Positions 1-9,976 of a stretch of 51,748 bases of DNA are shown in pieces. The number at the start of each line of letters is the position of its first letter. Position 1 is the stretch's first letter. The stretch is taken from contig DASVTJ010000047.1 of assembly GCA_036387635.1 (NCBI GenBank), positions 1-51,748 on the forward strand, read 5' to 3'. Position numbers and translations under genes: made by a program. This DNA is from Duganella sp. (lineage in GTDB: Bacteria > Pseudomonadota > Gammaproteobacteria > Burkholderiales > Burkholderiaceae_D). The notes beneath the pieces are model-generated. The model was not told the DNA's origin. It saw only the letters and a list, made by a program, of their open reading frames with translations, and did no database searches.

Positions 1-420
1 AAGGTGTGGTGGAAGACGGTCGAGAAGCACGACGAGGTGATCGAGGAAGCGATGGCGCTGCTGGCCACGCTCAAGCTCACGAAGGAAGCCAATTCCATCA
101 CCCGCAGCATGGCCTATGGCAAGCAGCGCCTGGTCGAGATCGCGCTGGCGCTGGCGACGAAGCCGAAGATCCTGCTGCTGGACGAACCAGCGGCGGGCAT
201 TCCGTCGCTTGAATCCAAGGAGCTGTTCGAAGTCATCGCCGGCTTGCCGCGCGACGTGACCGTGCTCTTCATCGAGCACGACATGGGCCTGGTATTCCGC
301 TTCGCCGACCGCATCACGGTACTGGTGGGCGGCAAGGTGCTGACCGAGGGGACGCCGGCCGAAATCGCCGCCGACCCGCGCGTGAAGGAAGTCTATCTGG
401 GCGAGGTGGAACATGGCTGA
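1..420 (+). CDS. Branched-chain-amino-acid-type ABC transporter ATP-binding protein (LivG-like), 5' truncated by the window edge
   Basis: Walker B LLLDEPAAG, IEHDM switch, C-terminal V..VYLG typical of LivG; overlaps the next gene. Confidence 0.9.
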   Translation, partial: KVWWKTVEKHDEVIEEAMALLATLKLTKEANSITRSMAYGKQRLVEIALALATKPKILLLDEPAAGIPSLESKELFEVIAGLPRDVTVLFIEHDMGLVFRFADRITVLVGGKVLTEGTPAEIAADPRVKEVYLGEVEHG

Positions 421-1114
421 ACTGCTGGCATTGAACGGCGTCACCGCCGGTTATGGCGAATCGATCGTGCTGGAAGACGTGTCGTTCACGATGAACGAGG
501 GCGACAGCCTGGCGCTGCTGGGCCGTAACGGCGTCGGCAAGACCAGCCTGCTGGTCACGCTGATGGGCCTGACGCGCCTGCACAAGGGATCCATTCGCTG
601 GGCCGGCGCCGACATCGCGCGCGTGCCGACCTACAAACGCTCGCGCTCCGGCCTGGGCTGGGTGCCGCAGGAGCGCCACATGTTCCCCTCGCTGACCGTC
701 GAGGAGCACCTGACGGTGGTGGAGCGTCCGGGGCCCTGGAACCTGGCCAAGATCTATGACATCTTCCCGCGCCTGCAGGAACGGCGCGCGAACATGGGCA
801 ATCAGTTGTCGGGCGGCGAACAGCAAATGCTGGCGATTGCCCGGGCCTTGATGACCAATCCGCGCATCCTGCTGCTGGACGAGCCGATGGAGGGCCTGGC
901 GCCGATCATCGTGCAGGAACTGGTGCGGGTGATCCGCAAGCTGGTGGCGGAGGAGGGCATGTCCGTCATCGTGGTCGAGCAGCATGCGCGCCTGGCGCTG
1001 TCGCTGACCTCGCGGGCGATCGTGCTGGATCGGGGGCGCATCGTGCACGACTCCGATTCGGCGAGCCTGCTGGCCGACGGCGAGAAGCTCGACCGACTGG
1101 TCGCCGTGGCTTGA
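413..1114 (+). CDS. ABC transporter ATP-binding protein (LivF-like)
   Basis: Walker A GRNGVGKT, LSGGEQQM signature, LLLDEP, VEQ motif. Confidence 0.93.
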   Translation: MAELLALNGVTAGYGESIVLEDVSFTMNEGDSLALLGRNGVGKTSLLVTLMGLTRLHKGSIRWAGADIARVPTYKRSRSGLGWVPQERHMFPSLTVEEHLTVVERPGPWNLAKIYDIFPRLQERRANMGNQLSGGEQQMLAIARALMTNPRILLLDEPMEGLAPIIVQELVRVIRKLVAEEGMSVIVVEQHARLALSLTSRAIVLDRGRIVHDSDSASLLADGEKLDRLVAVA

Positions 1115-1124
1115 CGATATACAC

Positions 1125-1354
1125 GTAGGGTGGGCGGGTCCCCCGCCCACGCGGTGATACGTACCGGCTCCGCTCTCGTGCACGACGATCTCGCCGCCAA
1201 CGATCGACGCGTGGACGGCGGAGCCGACTACCCTACGGAACAAGTAGCAGTTGCGTAAGGTAGGGCGGGCATGCCCGCGCGTGATACGCGGCGGCGAGAT
1301 CGTCGGGCACGACGTCGGAGCCGGTACGTATCCACGCGGGCATGCCCGCCCTAC
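1125..1354. repeat. Two GTAG-type REP doublets (REPIN-like) whose internal spacers are inverted copies of each other
   Basis: GTAGGGTGGGC...(1125) to ...ACCCTAC (1236); GTAGGGCGGGCATGCCCGCG (1260) to CGCGGGCATGCCCGCCCTAC (1354). Spacer ~1154-1198 is the near reverse complement of ~1290-1335. Confidence 0.8.
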
Positions 1355-1394
1355 AAAAGCGCTTTCGGACGCATCAAAAAAAAGGAGACACACC

Positions 1395-2564
1395 ATGCAC
1401 CACCTGAACATCACCCGCCGCCATATCCTGCTGGGCGCCGCCTTGCTGTCCGCCGGCATCGCACATGCCGCCGAGCCCCTGAAAGTCGGCCTGATCGTCC
1501 CCATGTCCGGCCCCTTCGCCTCCACCGGCCGCCAGGTCGACGCCGCCGTCAAACTCTTCCTGCAGCAGAACGGCAACCTTGTGGCCGGCCGCCAGGTGCA
1601 GATCATCCTGAAAGACGACGGCGGCGTGTCGCCGGACGTGACCAAGCGCCTGGCGCAGGAACTGGTCGCACGCGACAAGGTGCAGGTGCTGGCCGGCTTC
1701 GGCCTGACGCCGCTGGCTTTTGCCGCCGCGCCGGTGGCGACGCAGGCCAAGGTGCCGATGATCGTCATGGCGGCGGCGACGTCGGTGATTCCGCAACGCT
1801 CGCCGTACATCGTGCGCACCGGTTTCACGCTGGCGCAGGTGACCGCGCCGATGGCGCAATGGGCGGCCAAGAACAAGATGAAGAATGTGGTGACCCTGGT
1901 CAGCGACTATGGTCCCGGATTGGATGCGGAAAAAGTGTTCGTCAAGGTCTTCGCCGAGGGCGGCGGCAAGGTGGTGGCGAGTTTGCGTTCGCCGTTGCGC
2001 AATCCCGATTACGCGCCGTTCCTGGCGAAGGTGAAGGATCTGAAGCCGGATGCGCTGTTTGTATTCGTGCCGTCGGGCGAGGGCGCGGCGGTGCTCAAGC
2101 AGTTCACCGAGCGCGGGCTGGCCGCTTCCGGTATTCGCCTGATCTGCACTGGCGATGTGCTGGACGACGATCTGATGGCCAGCATCGGGCCGGCCGCCGC
2201 CGGTGTGGTCAGCAGCCATCACTATTCGGCCGCGCATCCATCGCCGGAGAACAAGGCGTATGTCGAGGCGTTTGTTAAGGCGAACAAGGGAATGCGGCCG
2301 AACTTCCATTCCGTCGGCGCGTACGACGGCATGCAGATGCTGTATCAGGCGCTGAAGAAGACGGCGGGCGACAGCAACGGCGACAAGCTGCTGGCGGCGA
2401 TGAAGGGGATGGCGTGGACCAGCGTGCGCGGCCCGATCAGCATCGACGCCGGCACGCGGGACATTGTGCAGACGGTGTATATCCGCAAGGCGGAGGCCAC
2501 CGGCGGCTCGTTCTTCAACGTGGAGTTCGATCAGATCGACAAGGTGCGCGATCCGGGCGTCTAA
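1395..2564 (+). CDS. ABC transporter substrate-binding protein (Leu/Ile/Val-binding family, probably aromatic acids)
   Basis: AGGAGA RBS before ATG 1395; signal peptide ending AHA; LKVGLIVPMSGPFA start of the type I PBP fold; next to pca/pob genes. Confidence 0.88.
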   Translation: MHHLNITRRHILLGAALLSAGIAHAAEPLKVGLIVPMSGPFASTGRQVDAAVKLFLQQNGNLVAGRQVQIILKDDGGVSPDVTKRLAQELVARDKVQVLAGFGLTPLAFAAAPVATQAKVPMIVMAAATSVIPQRSPYIVRTGFTLAQVTAPMAQWAAKNKMKNVVTLVSDYGPGLDAEKVFVKVFAEGGGKVVASLRSPLRNPDYAPFLAKVKDLKPDALFVFVPSGEGAAVLKQFTERGLAASGIRLICTGDVLDDDLMASIGPAAAGVVSSHHYSAAHPSPENKAYVEAFVKANKGMRPNFHSVGAYDGMQMLYQALKKTAGDSNGDKLLAAMKGMAWTSVRGPISIDAGTRDIVQTVYIRKAEATGGSFFNVEFDQIDKVRDPGV

Positions 2565-2568
2565 TGCT

Positions 2569-2599
2569 TAGGCGGATTACGCTGCGCTAATCCGCCTAC
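2569..2599. repeat. REP-like palindrome between convergent genes (possible terminator role)
   Basis: TAGGCGGATTAC-GCTGC-GCTAATCCGCCTAC; same family as 15205-15239. Confidence 0.75.
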
Positions 2600-2615
2600 G
2601 TATCTGCTCGGCGGT

Positions 2616-3890
2616 TCAAAGTTCGGCGATGAACGCGGTGACGGCTTCGCTGAAAGCCTGCGGCTGCTCGATGTAGCTCAGATGCGAGGCTTGCCGCAGT
2701 ATCTCGAGCCGCGCGCCGGCGATATTATCCACCAGTGTCTGCGACATCTCGACCGGCGTACCCTGATCCAGTTCGCCCGCGATCACCAGCGTCGGTGCCT
2801 GAATGCCACCCAGGCGCGCGGTCGTATCGACCGTGCCGACGGCATTGCAGCAGCCGGCGTAGCCCACCGGGTCGGTCGAGACCACGCGGCGACGGAAGCG
2901 CGCCACGACCGCCGCATGATCTGCGCGGAACCCATCGTGGAAGTAGCGTCCCATGACGGCATCGGCGATCGCTTCGATGCCGCTCTCGCGCACTGTGGCG
3001 ATGCGCTGGCGCCAGGCGTCGCGCGCGGCCTGCGGATAGCCCGAAGTGGTATTGGCCAGCACCAGCGCGCGCACCAGCGCCGGATGACGCAACGCCAGCT
3101 CCTGGCCGACCATGCCGCCCATCGACAGGCCCACCCACACCACCGGCCCCGTATCGAGCTCGCGCAGCAGCGCCGCCGCGTCGTCCGCCAGATCGGTCAT
3201 CGTGTACAGGCCGGCCGGCGCTTCCGAACCGCCATGGCCCCGGTGGTCGTAGGCGATGACGCGGCAATCGGCCGCCAGATGGTTGGCCAGGCCGTCCCAC
3301 ATCGTCAGATCGCAGCCGATGGCGTGACTAAATACCACTGTATGGCGCGGCGCCTTGCCGTTGCGCGGCTCGCGCACGGCGTAATGCAGGGAAGGGCGGG
3401 CTTTGTCGCGGCTGTCCGTACGGCCCTCGCGGCCGATGCCGGGATGACTGGCGGCGGCCGGCGTGGCGGGTTCCAGCGCGTAGCCGATCTGTGGACCGAC
3501 TTCGCGCAGGATCGCCAGCGCGTGCGTGAAGGCCGTGTTGGCGGCCGGTACGCCGGCGTAGATGGCCGACTGGATCAGCACTTCCTTCAGTTCATCCGGC
3601 GTCAGGCGATTTGATTCCTCGCCCAGCAGCGCGGCGCGCACGTGCAGATCGAACTCCTCCCAGCGCCCCAGCGCGATGGTGATGGACAGGACGATGGCGC
3701 GGCGGGTTTGCTGTTCCAGGCCCGGACGGCCCCAAATCTCGTTCCACGCGAAGCGCGTGATCAGGTTCTGGAAATCGGCGGTGAAGTTGGTGGCGTTGCC
3801 AAGCGAACGCTCCACCCACGCGTCGCCGAGGATGGCGCGACGGTTGTTCAGGCCACGCTCGAAGTCGTGGTCGATGGGATCGTAGCTCAT
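2616..3890 (-). CDS. pcaCD: Fused 4-carboxymuconolactone decarboxylase (N-terminal) / 3-oxoadipate enol-lactone hydrolase (C-terminal)
   Basis: N-terminal AWNEIWGRPGL and QSAIYAGVPAAN (CMD/PcaC); C-terminal alpha/beta hydrolase with YDHRGHG, GLSMGG, ASHLS. Start reassigned to ATG 3890, just after the pcaB stop. Confidence 0.9.
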   Translation of the reverse strand: MSYDPIDHDFERGLNNRRAILGDAWVERSLGNATNFTADFQNLITRFAWNEIWGRPGLEQQTRRAIVLSITIALGRWEEFDLHVRAALLGEESNRLTPDELKEVLIQSAIYAGVPAANTAFTHALAILREVGPQIGYALEPATPAAASHPGIGREGRTDSRDKARPSLHYAVREPRNGKAPRHTVVFSHAIGCDLTMWDGLANHLAADCRVIAYDHRGHGGSEAPAGLYTMTDLADDAAALLRELDTGPVVWVGLSMGGMVGQELALRHPALVRALVLANTTSGYPQAARDAWRQRIATVRESGIEAIADAVMGRYFHDGFRADHAAVVARFRRRVVSTDPVGYAGCCNAVGTVDTTARLGGIQAPTLVIAGELDQGTPVEMSQTLVDNIAGARLEILRQASHLSYIEQPQAFSEAVTAFIAEL

Positions 3891-3897
3891 GGTGTCT

Positions 3898-5277
3898 TCA
3901 CTTTTGGTTGAGCGAGGCGATATCGCCGCGCAGGCTTTGCAGCTGTTGCAGCGCCAGCCGGTGGGCCGGCGCCGTGGCGGCGACCGCATCGAACAGCGAG
4001 CGCAGATGTGCGCTATCGACGTGCGCGCGCAGTGATTGGTCCTGCCGCACCGCGTCGTCCAGCACATCGGCCAGATGGCGTTGAGCGGCCAGCGCTTCCC
4101 CGGTCATTTTTTCCAGCAGCGCGTGTGCGGCCTGCTTGCCGATGGCGCCGGCCAGGTAGGCCGATGCCGCCTCGGCGAACACCAGCCCTTGCAGCGCGTC
4201 GATATTGCGCAGCATGCGCGCCTGGTCGACCTTCAGGCCGGTGAAGGCGTCGTTCAGCGCTTGCAGCGCGCCATGGGCGCTCAGGAACAGGTTGGGCCAC
4301 TCGGCGAGTTCGGCCTGCCAGTTGCCGAGGCCACGCTCGTGCTGCTGGCCCATGCTGGCCAACAGCGCGGCCGCGTGCTGCGGCGTGCGCGTGGCGGCGG
4401 CCAGGGCGATCATCGCCGACACCGGATTGCGTTTGTGCGGCATCGCGGACGAGCCGCCGCGCCCATTGCCGGATGGTTCGGCCAGTTCGGCGATTTCGCC
4501 CTGCGTCATCAGGCTCAGGTCCGTGGCCAGCTTGCCCAGGCTACCGGTCAATACCGCCACCTCCAGCCCAAGGCGCACCCACTCGTCGCGCTGCGTGTGC
4601 CATGCGGCGTCGGCCACTTTGAGCTTCAGCGCGGCGGCCACGCGGGCGGCGACGGCCGCGCCTTGTTCGCCCATCACCGCCAGCGTGCCGACCGCGCCAC
4701 CGAGTTGCAGCTGCAGCGCGCGCGCCGCGCTTTCGCGCAGGCGCAGGCGCGCGCGCACCAGCGGCGCCAGCCAGCCGGTCACCTTGAAACCGAAGCTGGT
4801 CACCTGCGCCGGCTGCATCAGCGTGCGCGCCAGCACCGGCGTCGCGAGATGCCGCTCCGCCAGTTGCAGCAGGTGGCCGGTGAGGTCGTGCAGGCCGTCA
4901 TCCAGCAGTTGCAGCGCGTCGCGCGTGGCCAGCACCATGGCGGTGTCGATCACGTCCTGGCTGGTGCTGCCCCAGTGGACCTTGGCGGCGGCGTCGGCGT
5001 CGTACAGCGCCACTGTCTTCGTCAGCTCCTTGACCAGCGGGATGGCCAGGCTGCCGGCGCGCCGGCCCGCGCTGATGATGGCGGGGATGTCGTATAACTG
5101 CGCGTTGCAGACGCCGGCGATGGCGCGGGCGGCGGACGGCGCCATCATGCCTTCGTCGGCCTGCGCCTGGGCCAGCGCTTCCTCGAACCGGAACATCGCC
5201 TGCACGATGGCGGTGTCGTCGAACACGGCGATCATGTCGGTGGTGGTCAGGAAGCTGTCGAAAATCGATACACTCAC
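3898..5277 (-). CDS. pcaB: 3-carboxy-cis,cis-muconate cycloisomerase
   Basis: Fumarase/aspartase superfamily signature GGSSAMPHKRNP, HWGSTSQD, HERGLGNWQAE; pca context. Confidence 0.93.
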   Translation of the reverse strand: MSVSIFDSFLTTTDMIAVFDDTAIVQAMFRFEEALAQAQADEGMMAPSAARAIAGVCNAQLYDIPAIISAGRRAGSLAIPLVKELTKTVALYDADAAAKVHWGSTSQDVIDTAMVLATRDALQLLDDGLHDLTGHLLQLAERHLATPVLARTLMQPAQVTSFGFKVTGWLAPLVRARLRLRESAARALQLQLGGAVGTLAVMGEQGAAVAARVAAALKLKVADAAWHTQRDEWVRLGLEVAVLTGSLGKLATDLSLMTQGEIAELAEPSGNGRGGSSAMPHKRNPVSAMIALAAATRTPQHAAALLASMGQQHERGLGNWQAELAEWPNLFLSAHGALQALNDAFTGLKVDQARMLRNIDALQGLVFAEAASAYLAGAIGKQAAHALLEKMTGEALAAQRHLADVLDDAVRQDQSLRAHVDSAHLRSLFDAVAATAPAHRLALQQLQSLRGDIASLNQK

Positions 5278-5295
5278 TGCTGCTCCAGTTCTGTT

Positions 5296-5850
5296 TCAAA
5301 CATAGTCGAAAAACGCGGTTTCGCGCTGGCCCTGCATGCGGATCTCCCAGCGGTACTCGCCATCGGCGATTTTGGCCGCGATCAGGGTGGGGCGGCGCGG
5401 CGCGGGAATCTGCTCGAGTATCGCCGATTCCGTCAGCCCGGCGTCGTCTTCCAGGAAAACGGCGGTGAACTGGTGCTTGACCAGACCACGCGCGAAGACG
5501 GTGATGTAGGCCAGCGGTTGGCCGGCCGGCTGCGGGCAAGCGGACAGGCGCAGCGTAAATTGTCCCTGGTCGCCGCTCGGCACGCGGCGGAAGCCGGCCA
5601 TCGGCTGCGACGCTTCCGCTGCTGCGGCGGCGGGCTGCCACGATTCGATCTGGGCGTCGTTGATCGGCATTCCGTCGCCGTCGTAGATGATGCCGCTGAT
5701 CGTTACGGTGTCGACGGGCAGCGCGTTGTCGCTCAGGCCGACCGCCCAATGCCAGGCCTCGTGCGAGAACGGGCCGATGGTCTGCGACGTGGTGATCGGT
5801 TCGGCCAGTGAGTTGGCCGGCGGTTTTGTCGAAGTAGTCACGTTGGTCAT
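5296..5850 (-). CDS. pcaG: Protocatechuate 3,4-dioxygenase alpha subunit
   Basis: TSQTIGPF, VFARGL and IRMQGQRETAFFD motifs; follows pcaH. Confidence 0.9.
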   Translation of the reverse strand: MTNVTTSTKPPANSLAEPITTSQTIGPFSHEAWHWAVGLSDNALPVDTVTISGIIYDGDGMPINDAQIESWQPAAAAAEASQPMAGFRRVPSGDQGQFTLRLSACPQPAGQPLAYITVFARGLVKHQFTAVFLEDDAGLTESAILEQIPAPRRPTLIAAKIADGEYRWEIRMQGQRETAFFDYV

Positions 5851-5861
5851 GTCGGTTCCTC

Positions 5862-6554
5862 TCAGATGCCGGTGGGGGTGGCGTCGCGGCCGCGCAGCAC
5901 GATGTCGAATTCATAGCCCAGCATCTGGTCGCCGACCGTGTGCTCAAGGCTGAAGCGCGAGATCAGGCGCTGGCGCGCGGCCAGGTCGGGGATGCTCTGG
6001 AAGATCGGATCGTAGTCGAACAGCGGATCGTTGGGGAAGTACATTTGCGTGACAAGCCGCTGCGCGTAGACGTTCCCGAACAGTGAAAAGTGGATGTGCG
6101 CCGGGCGCCAGGCCTTGTCGTGGTTCCCCCACGGGTACGGCCCCGGTTTGATGGTGACGAAGCGGTAGCGGCCTTCGTCGTCGGTCATCATTTTCCCCCA
6201 GCCGTTGAAGTTGGGGTCGAGCGGCGCGTTGTGCTGGTCGCGCTTATGGCGATAGCGCCCGGCCGCGTTGCATTGCCAGACTTCCAGCAGCGAGTTGCGC
6301 ACCGGCTGGCCGTCTTCATCGAGCACGCGGCCGGTGACGACGATTTTTTCGCCCAACGGTTCGGACTCGCCGTGTGCGGTCAGGTCCATATCGTTCGGTA
6401 GCAGGATGCGCGGTGAAGGCGTGATATTTCGCGTGACCGGTTCCGGGGCGACGATGCGCAGCATCGGCTGCATCGGGCCGCGTTTCACTGTCGATTTGTA
6501 CGGCGGGTGGATCAGCTCCGGATACACGCCGGGCGCGATAGCATCGAATTTCAC
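5862..6554 (-). CDS. pcaH: Protocatechuate 3,4-dioxygenase beta subunit
   Basis: WQCNAAGRYRH, KPGPYPW and WRPAHIHFS carry the Tyr/Tyr/His/His Fe ligands; GTG 6554 preceded by GGAGA. Confidence 0.94.
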   Translation of the reverse strand: MKFDAIAPGVYPELIHPPYKSTVKRGPMQPMLRIVAPEPVTRNITPSPRILLPNDMDLTAHGESEPLGEKIVVTGRVLDEDGQPVRNSLLEVWQCNAAGRYRHKRDQHNAPLDPNFNGWGKMMTDDEGRYRFVTIKPGPYPWGNHDKAWRPAHIHFSLFGNVYAQRLVTQMYFPNDPLFDYDPIFQSIPDLAARQRLISRFSLEHTVGDQMLGYEFDIVLRGRDATPTGI

Positions 6555-6633
6555 TGCCTGTCTCCTGTGGTTTGTTCTGTCGACGATGGTACGAAAGCGG
6601 GGCCGCCGCCACAAGCCATCGGCTGCATGCTAT

Positions 6634-6668
6634 ATTCGCTATACGCACAATATGTGCGCATAGCGCCC
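6634..6668. promoter_or_regulatory. Putative IclR/PcaR operator pair in the divergent pcaH-pcaR gap
   Basis: ATTCG-CTATA-CGCAC and GTGCG-CATAG-CGCCC resemble GTNCG-N5-CGNAC IclR boxes; together they form a 13-bp inverted repeat with one mismatch. Confidence 0.65.
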
Positions 6669-6689
6669 AAATATCCATTTTTCTCTGCC

Positions 6690-7463
6690 ATGAACACCGA
6701 GATCGACCCTCCCTCGAAGCGCGACATGATCGCCGGCCTGGAAAAGGGCTTGCAGGTGATCGAGGCGTTCGACCAGGAGCGGGGCCGCCTGAGCATCGCC
6801 GACGTGGCCGAGCGCACCGGCTTGACGCGGGCGGCGGCGCGCCGCTACCTAATCACGCTGACGCATCTCGGCTACATGCGTCATGAGAACAAGCTGTTTT
6901 CGCTGACGCCGATGGTGCTGCGGCTTGGCCAGTCGTACCTGCACTCGGCGCGGCTTCCGCGTCTGGCGCAGCCGCTGTTGTACCGGCTGGCGTATTCGGT
7001 GGGCGAGGCGGCATCGGCCGGCGTGCTCGATCACGATCATCTGGTCTGCGTGGCGGCCGTCAGCGCCGGCCAACTGGTGTCGGCGACGCTGCAACCGGGC
7101 ACTCGGGTACCGGCGTGGTGCACCGCGAATGGGCGCGTGCTGTTGGCCAGCCTGCCGCAGGACCAGCTGGATGGTTTTCTCGCCCGCGTGCAACCGGAGC
7201 AGATCACCGAGCACACCATCGTCAGCAAAGAGCACCTCGCGCTGGAGATCGCACGCGCCAGGGCGCAGGGGTACGCGCTGGTGGACCAGGAGCTGGAGCT
7301 GGGGCTGCGCACGATGGCGGTCCCTTTGAAGAATTTTCGCGGCGACGTGGTGGCCGCGATGAACATCAGCGTGCATGCGGCGCGCATGCCGCTCGACCAG
7401 ATGGTGGAACGCTGCCTGCCGGCGCTGATCAAGATGCAGGTCGAGCTGAACGCCTTGCTTTGA
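6690..7463 (+). CDS. pcaR: IclR-family regulator (PcaR/PcaU-like)
   Basis: GLEKGLQVI, TGLTRAAARRYLITL HTH, TANGRVLL, DQELELGLR; divergent from pcaHGB. Confidence 0.88.
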   Translation: MNTEIDPPSKRDMIAGLEKGLQVIEAFDQERGRLSIADVAERTGLTRAAARRYLITLTHLGYMRHENKLFSLTPMVLRLGQSYLHSARLPRLAQPLLYRLAYSVGEAASAGVLDHDHLVCVAAVSAGQLVSATLQPGTRVPAWCTANGRVLLASLPQDQLDGFLARVQPEQITEHTIVSKEHLALEIARARAQGYALVDQELELGLRTMAVPLKNFRGDVVAAMNISVHAARMPLDQMVERCLPALIKMQVELNALL

Positions 7464-7473
7464 ACGCCTCGCT

Positions 7474-8376
7474 TTAACCTTCCGCGCGCGTCCGGCGGAA
7501 CGCCTTGGGCGTAAGGCCCATGCGCTTTTTGAACAGGCGGCTGAAGTAGGCCGGGTCCTGGAAGCCCAGTTCATAGCCGATGCTGGCGATGCTGCCCGGG
7601 ACATAGGTCAATTTGCGGCACGCCTCCAGCATCAGCCGGTCCTGGGTGATGTCGAACGCGGATTTGCCGGACAGTTTGAGACACAGGCGATTCAACCGCA
7701 CCGGCGACACCCGCAGCGCGTCGGCATACCGGCCGACCTGCCACTGCTCCTTGAATCGCCGTTCCACCTCCGCCCTGAAGCGGCTGAACAACTCAAAATC
7801 GCCGCGCCCCGACTGGGCGGCGAAGCGGTAATCGGCCTGTACCCGCACCAGCAGCAGCAGGGCGGCGCGCGCCAGCCATTCCAGCATCAGCGTGTGCCCG
7901 TACGAAGGCCAGGCCGCTTCCGCCAGCAGTTGTTGCAGCAGCGCTTCCAGACGGGCGCGCACCTCCGGCAGCGCCGCGAAGTCGATCGCCAACGGCTCGA
8001 CGAACAGTGTCGAGTACAAGTCGCCCTGGTGGTCGGCCGCCGAGAAGATCACGTTCTGGTCCACCGTGAGCACGTAGCCTTGCGCTTGCGGCGAAAAATC
8101 GAAGCCATGCACCACCGACGGATGGATGGTGATCGCCGCCGGTCCCCGGCGCTGCCACAGCGCGTCGCCGACCGTGGCGCGCACTTCCCCCGCGAATAAA
8201 AAAAGTACCTGAAAAAGGCCGGGATGAGTGTGGTGGCCGATATGCCATTCGTACATGCGGCTGCGCGTTTCGATGAGCTCGATGTGCACGAATTCCGCGT
8301 TGTCGGTGCGTGTTTGCTCGCCATAAAGGGCGAATTGCGGAATCTCGGCGGCGTGCTGACTGGCGGAAGAGGGCAT
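7474..8376 (-). CDS. pobR: AraC-family regulator (PobR-like)
   Basis: IPQFALYGE N-terminus, cupin HHTH, C-terminal IGYELGFQDPAYFSRLFKK; divergent from pobA. Start approximate. Confidence 0.8.
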   Translation of the reverse strand: MPSSASQHAAEIPQFALYGEQTRTDNAEFVHIELIETRSRMYEWHIGHHTHPGLFQVLFLFAGEVRATVGDALWQRRGPAAITIHPSVVHGFDFSPQAQGYVLTVDQNVIFSAADHQGDLYSTLFVEPLAIDFAALPEVRARLEALLQQLLAEAAWPSYGHTLMLEWLARAALLLLVRVQADYRFAAQSGRGDFELFSRFRAEVERRFKEQWQVGRYADALRVSPVRLNRLCLKLSGKSAFDITQDRLMLEACRKLTYVPGSIASIGYELGFQDPAYFSRLFKKRMGLTPKAFRRTRAEG

Positions 8377-8437
8377 GGGCGGGAGTCCGGCGGTAAGCGG
8401 TGACGTGCATCGGGACAACGGTCGGCTGTCGAAATAG

Positions 8438-9706
<1,269 letters not shown>

Positions 9707-9888
9707 ATAAAATCCGATAGCGGTGGCGTTCGTCCTACACGGCACCGCACCAGTCATGGCGCGAAACCCGCAGCCGAGCTGGGCAGTAGCCGGAGGAGGG
9801 CGTGGGGGTAGGAAAAAAGGAGGGACCGCGTAGGACTGGGATGACAAAGTGCTATGTTCCCAGCCTACATAAGACTCCTACGCGCTCC

Positions 9889-9904
9889 TATGAGGTAGCG
9901 CACA
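9889..9904. promoter_or_regulatory. Putative Crp/Fnr-family box upstream of the Crp-like gene
   Basis: TATGAGGTAGCGCACA, 13/16 match to TGTGCGCTAGCGCACA; related copies at 11046 and 42335. Confidence 0.45.
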
Positions 9905-9976
9905 TAGCGGCGATATAGTGTTAGTCATCTGGTCGGCAACGGCCACACGAATACAACACACTATAAGAGGCTCGCC

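Noticed and set aside
1125-1354. Possible CRISPR array
   Set aside because: Repeats are inverted palindromes with related spacers, not direct repeats with unique spacers; no cas genes.
1251-1394. N-terminal extension of the binding protein in the ORF track
   Set aside because: Runs through the REP element; the RBS and signal peptide support ATG 1395.
314-1876. 520-aa minus-strand ORF and other long antisense ORFs (e.g. 11084-13096, 30849-32477, 32718-34223, 46743-48542)
   Set aside because: Antisense shadows of well-supported genes in high-GC DNA; no family motifs.
3891-4067. Cys-rich N-terminal extension of the PcaC-PcaD ORF
   Set aside because: Alternative frame overlapping pcaB; the real start is 3890.
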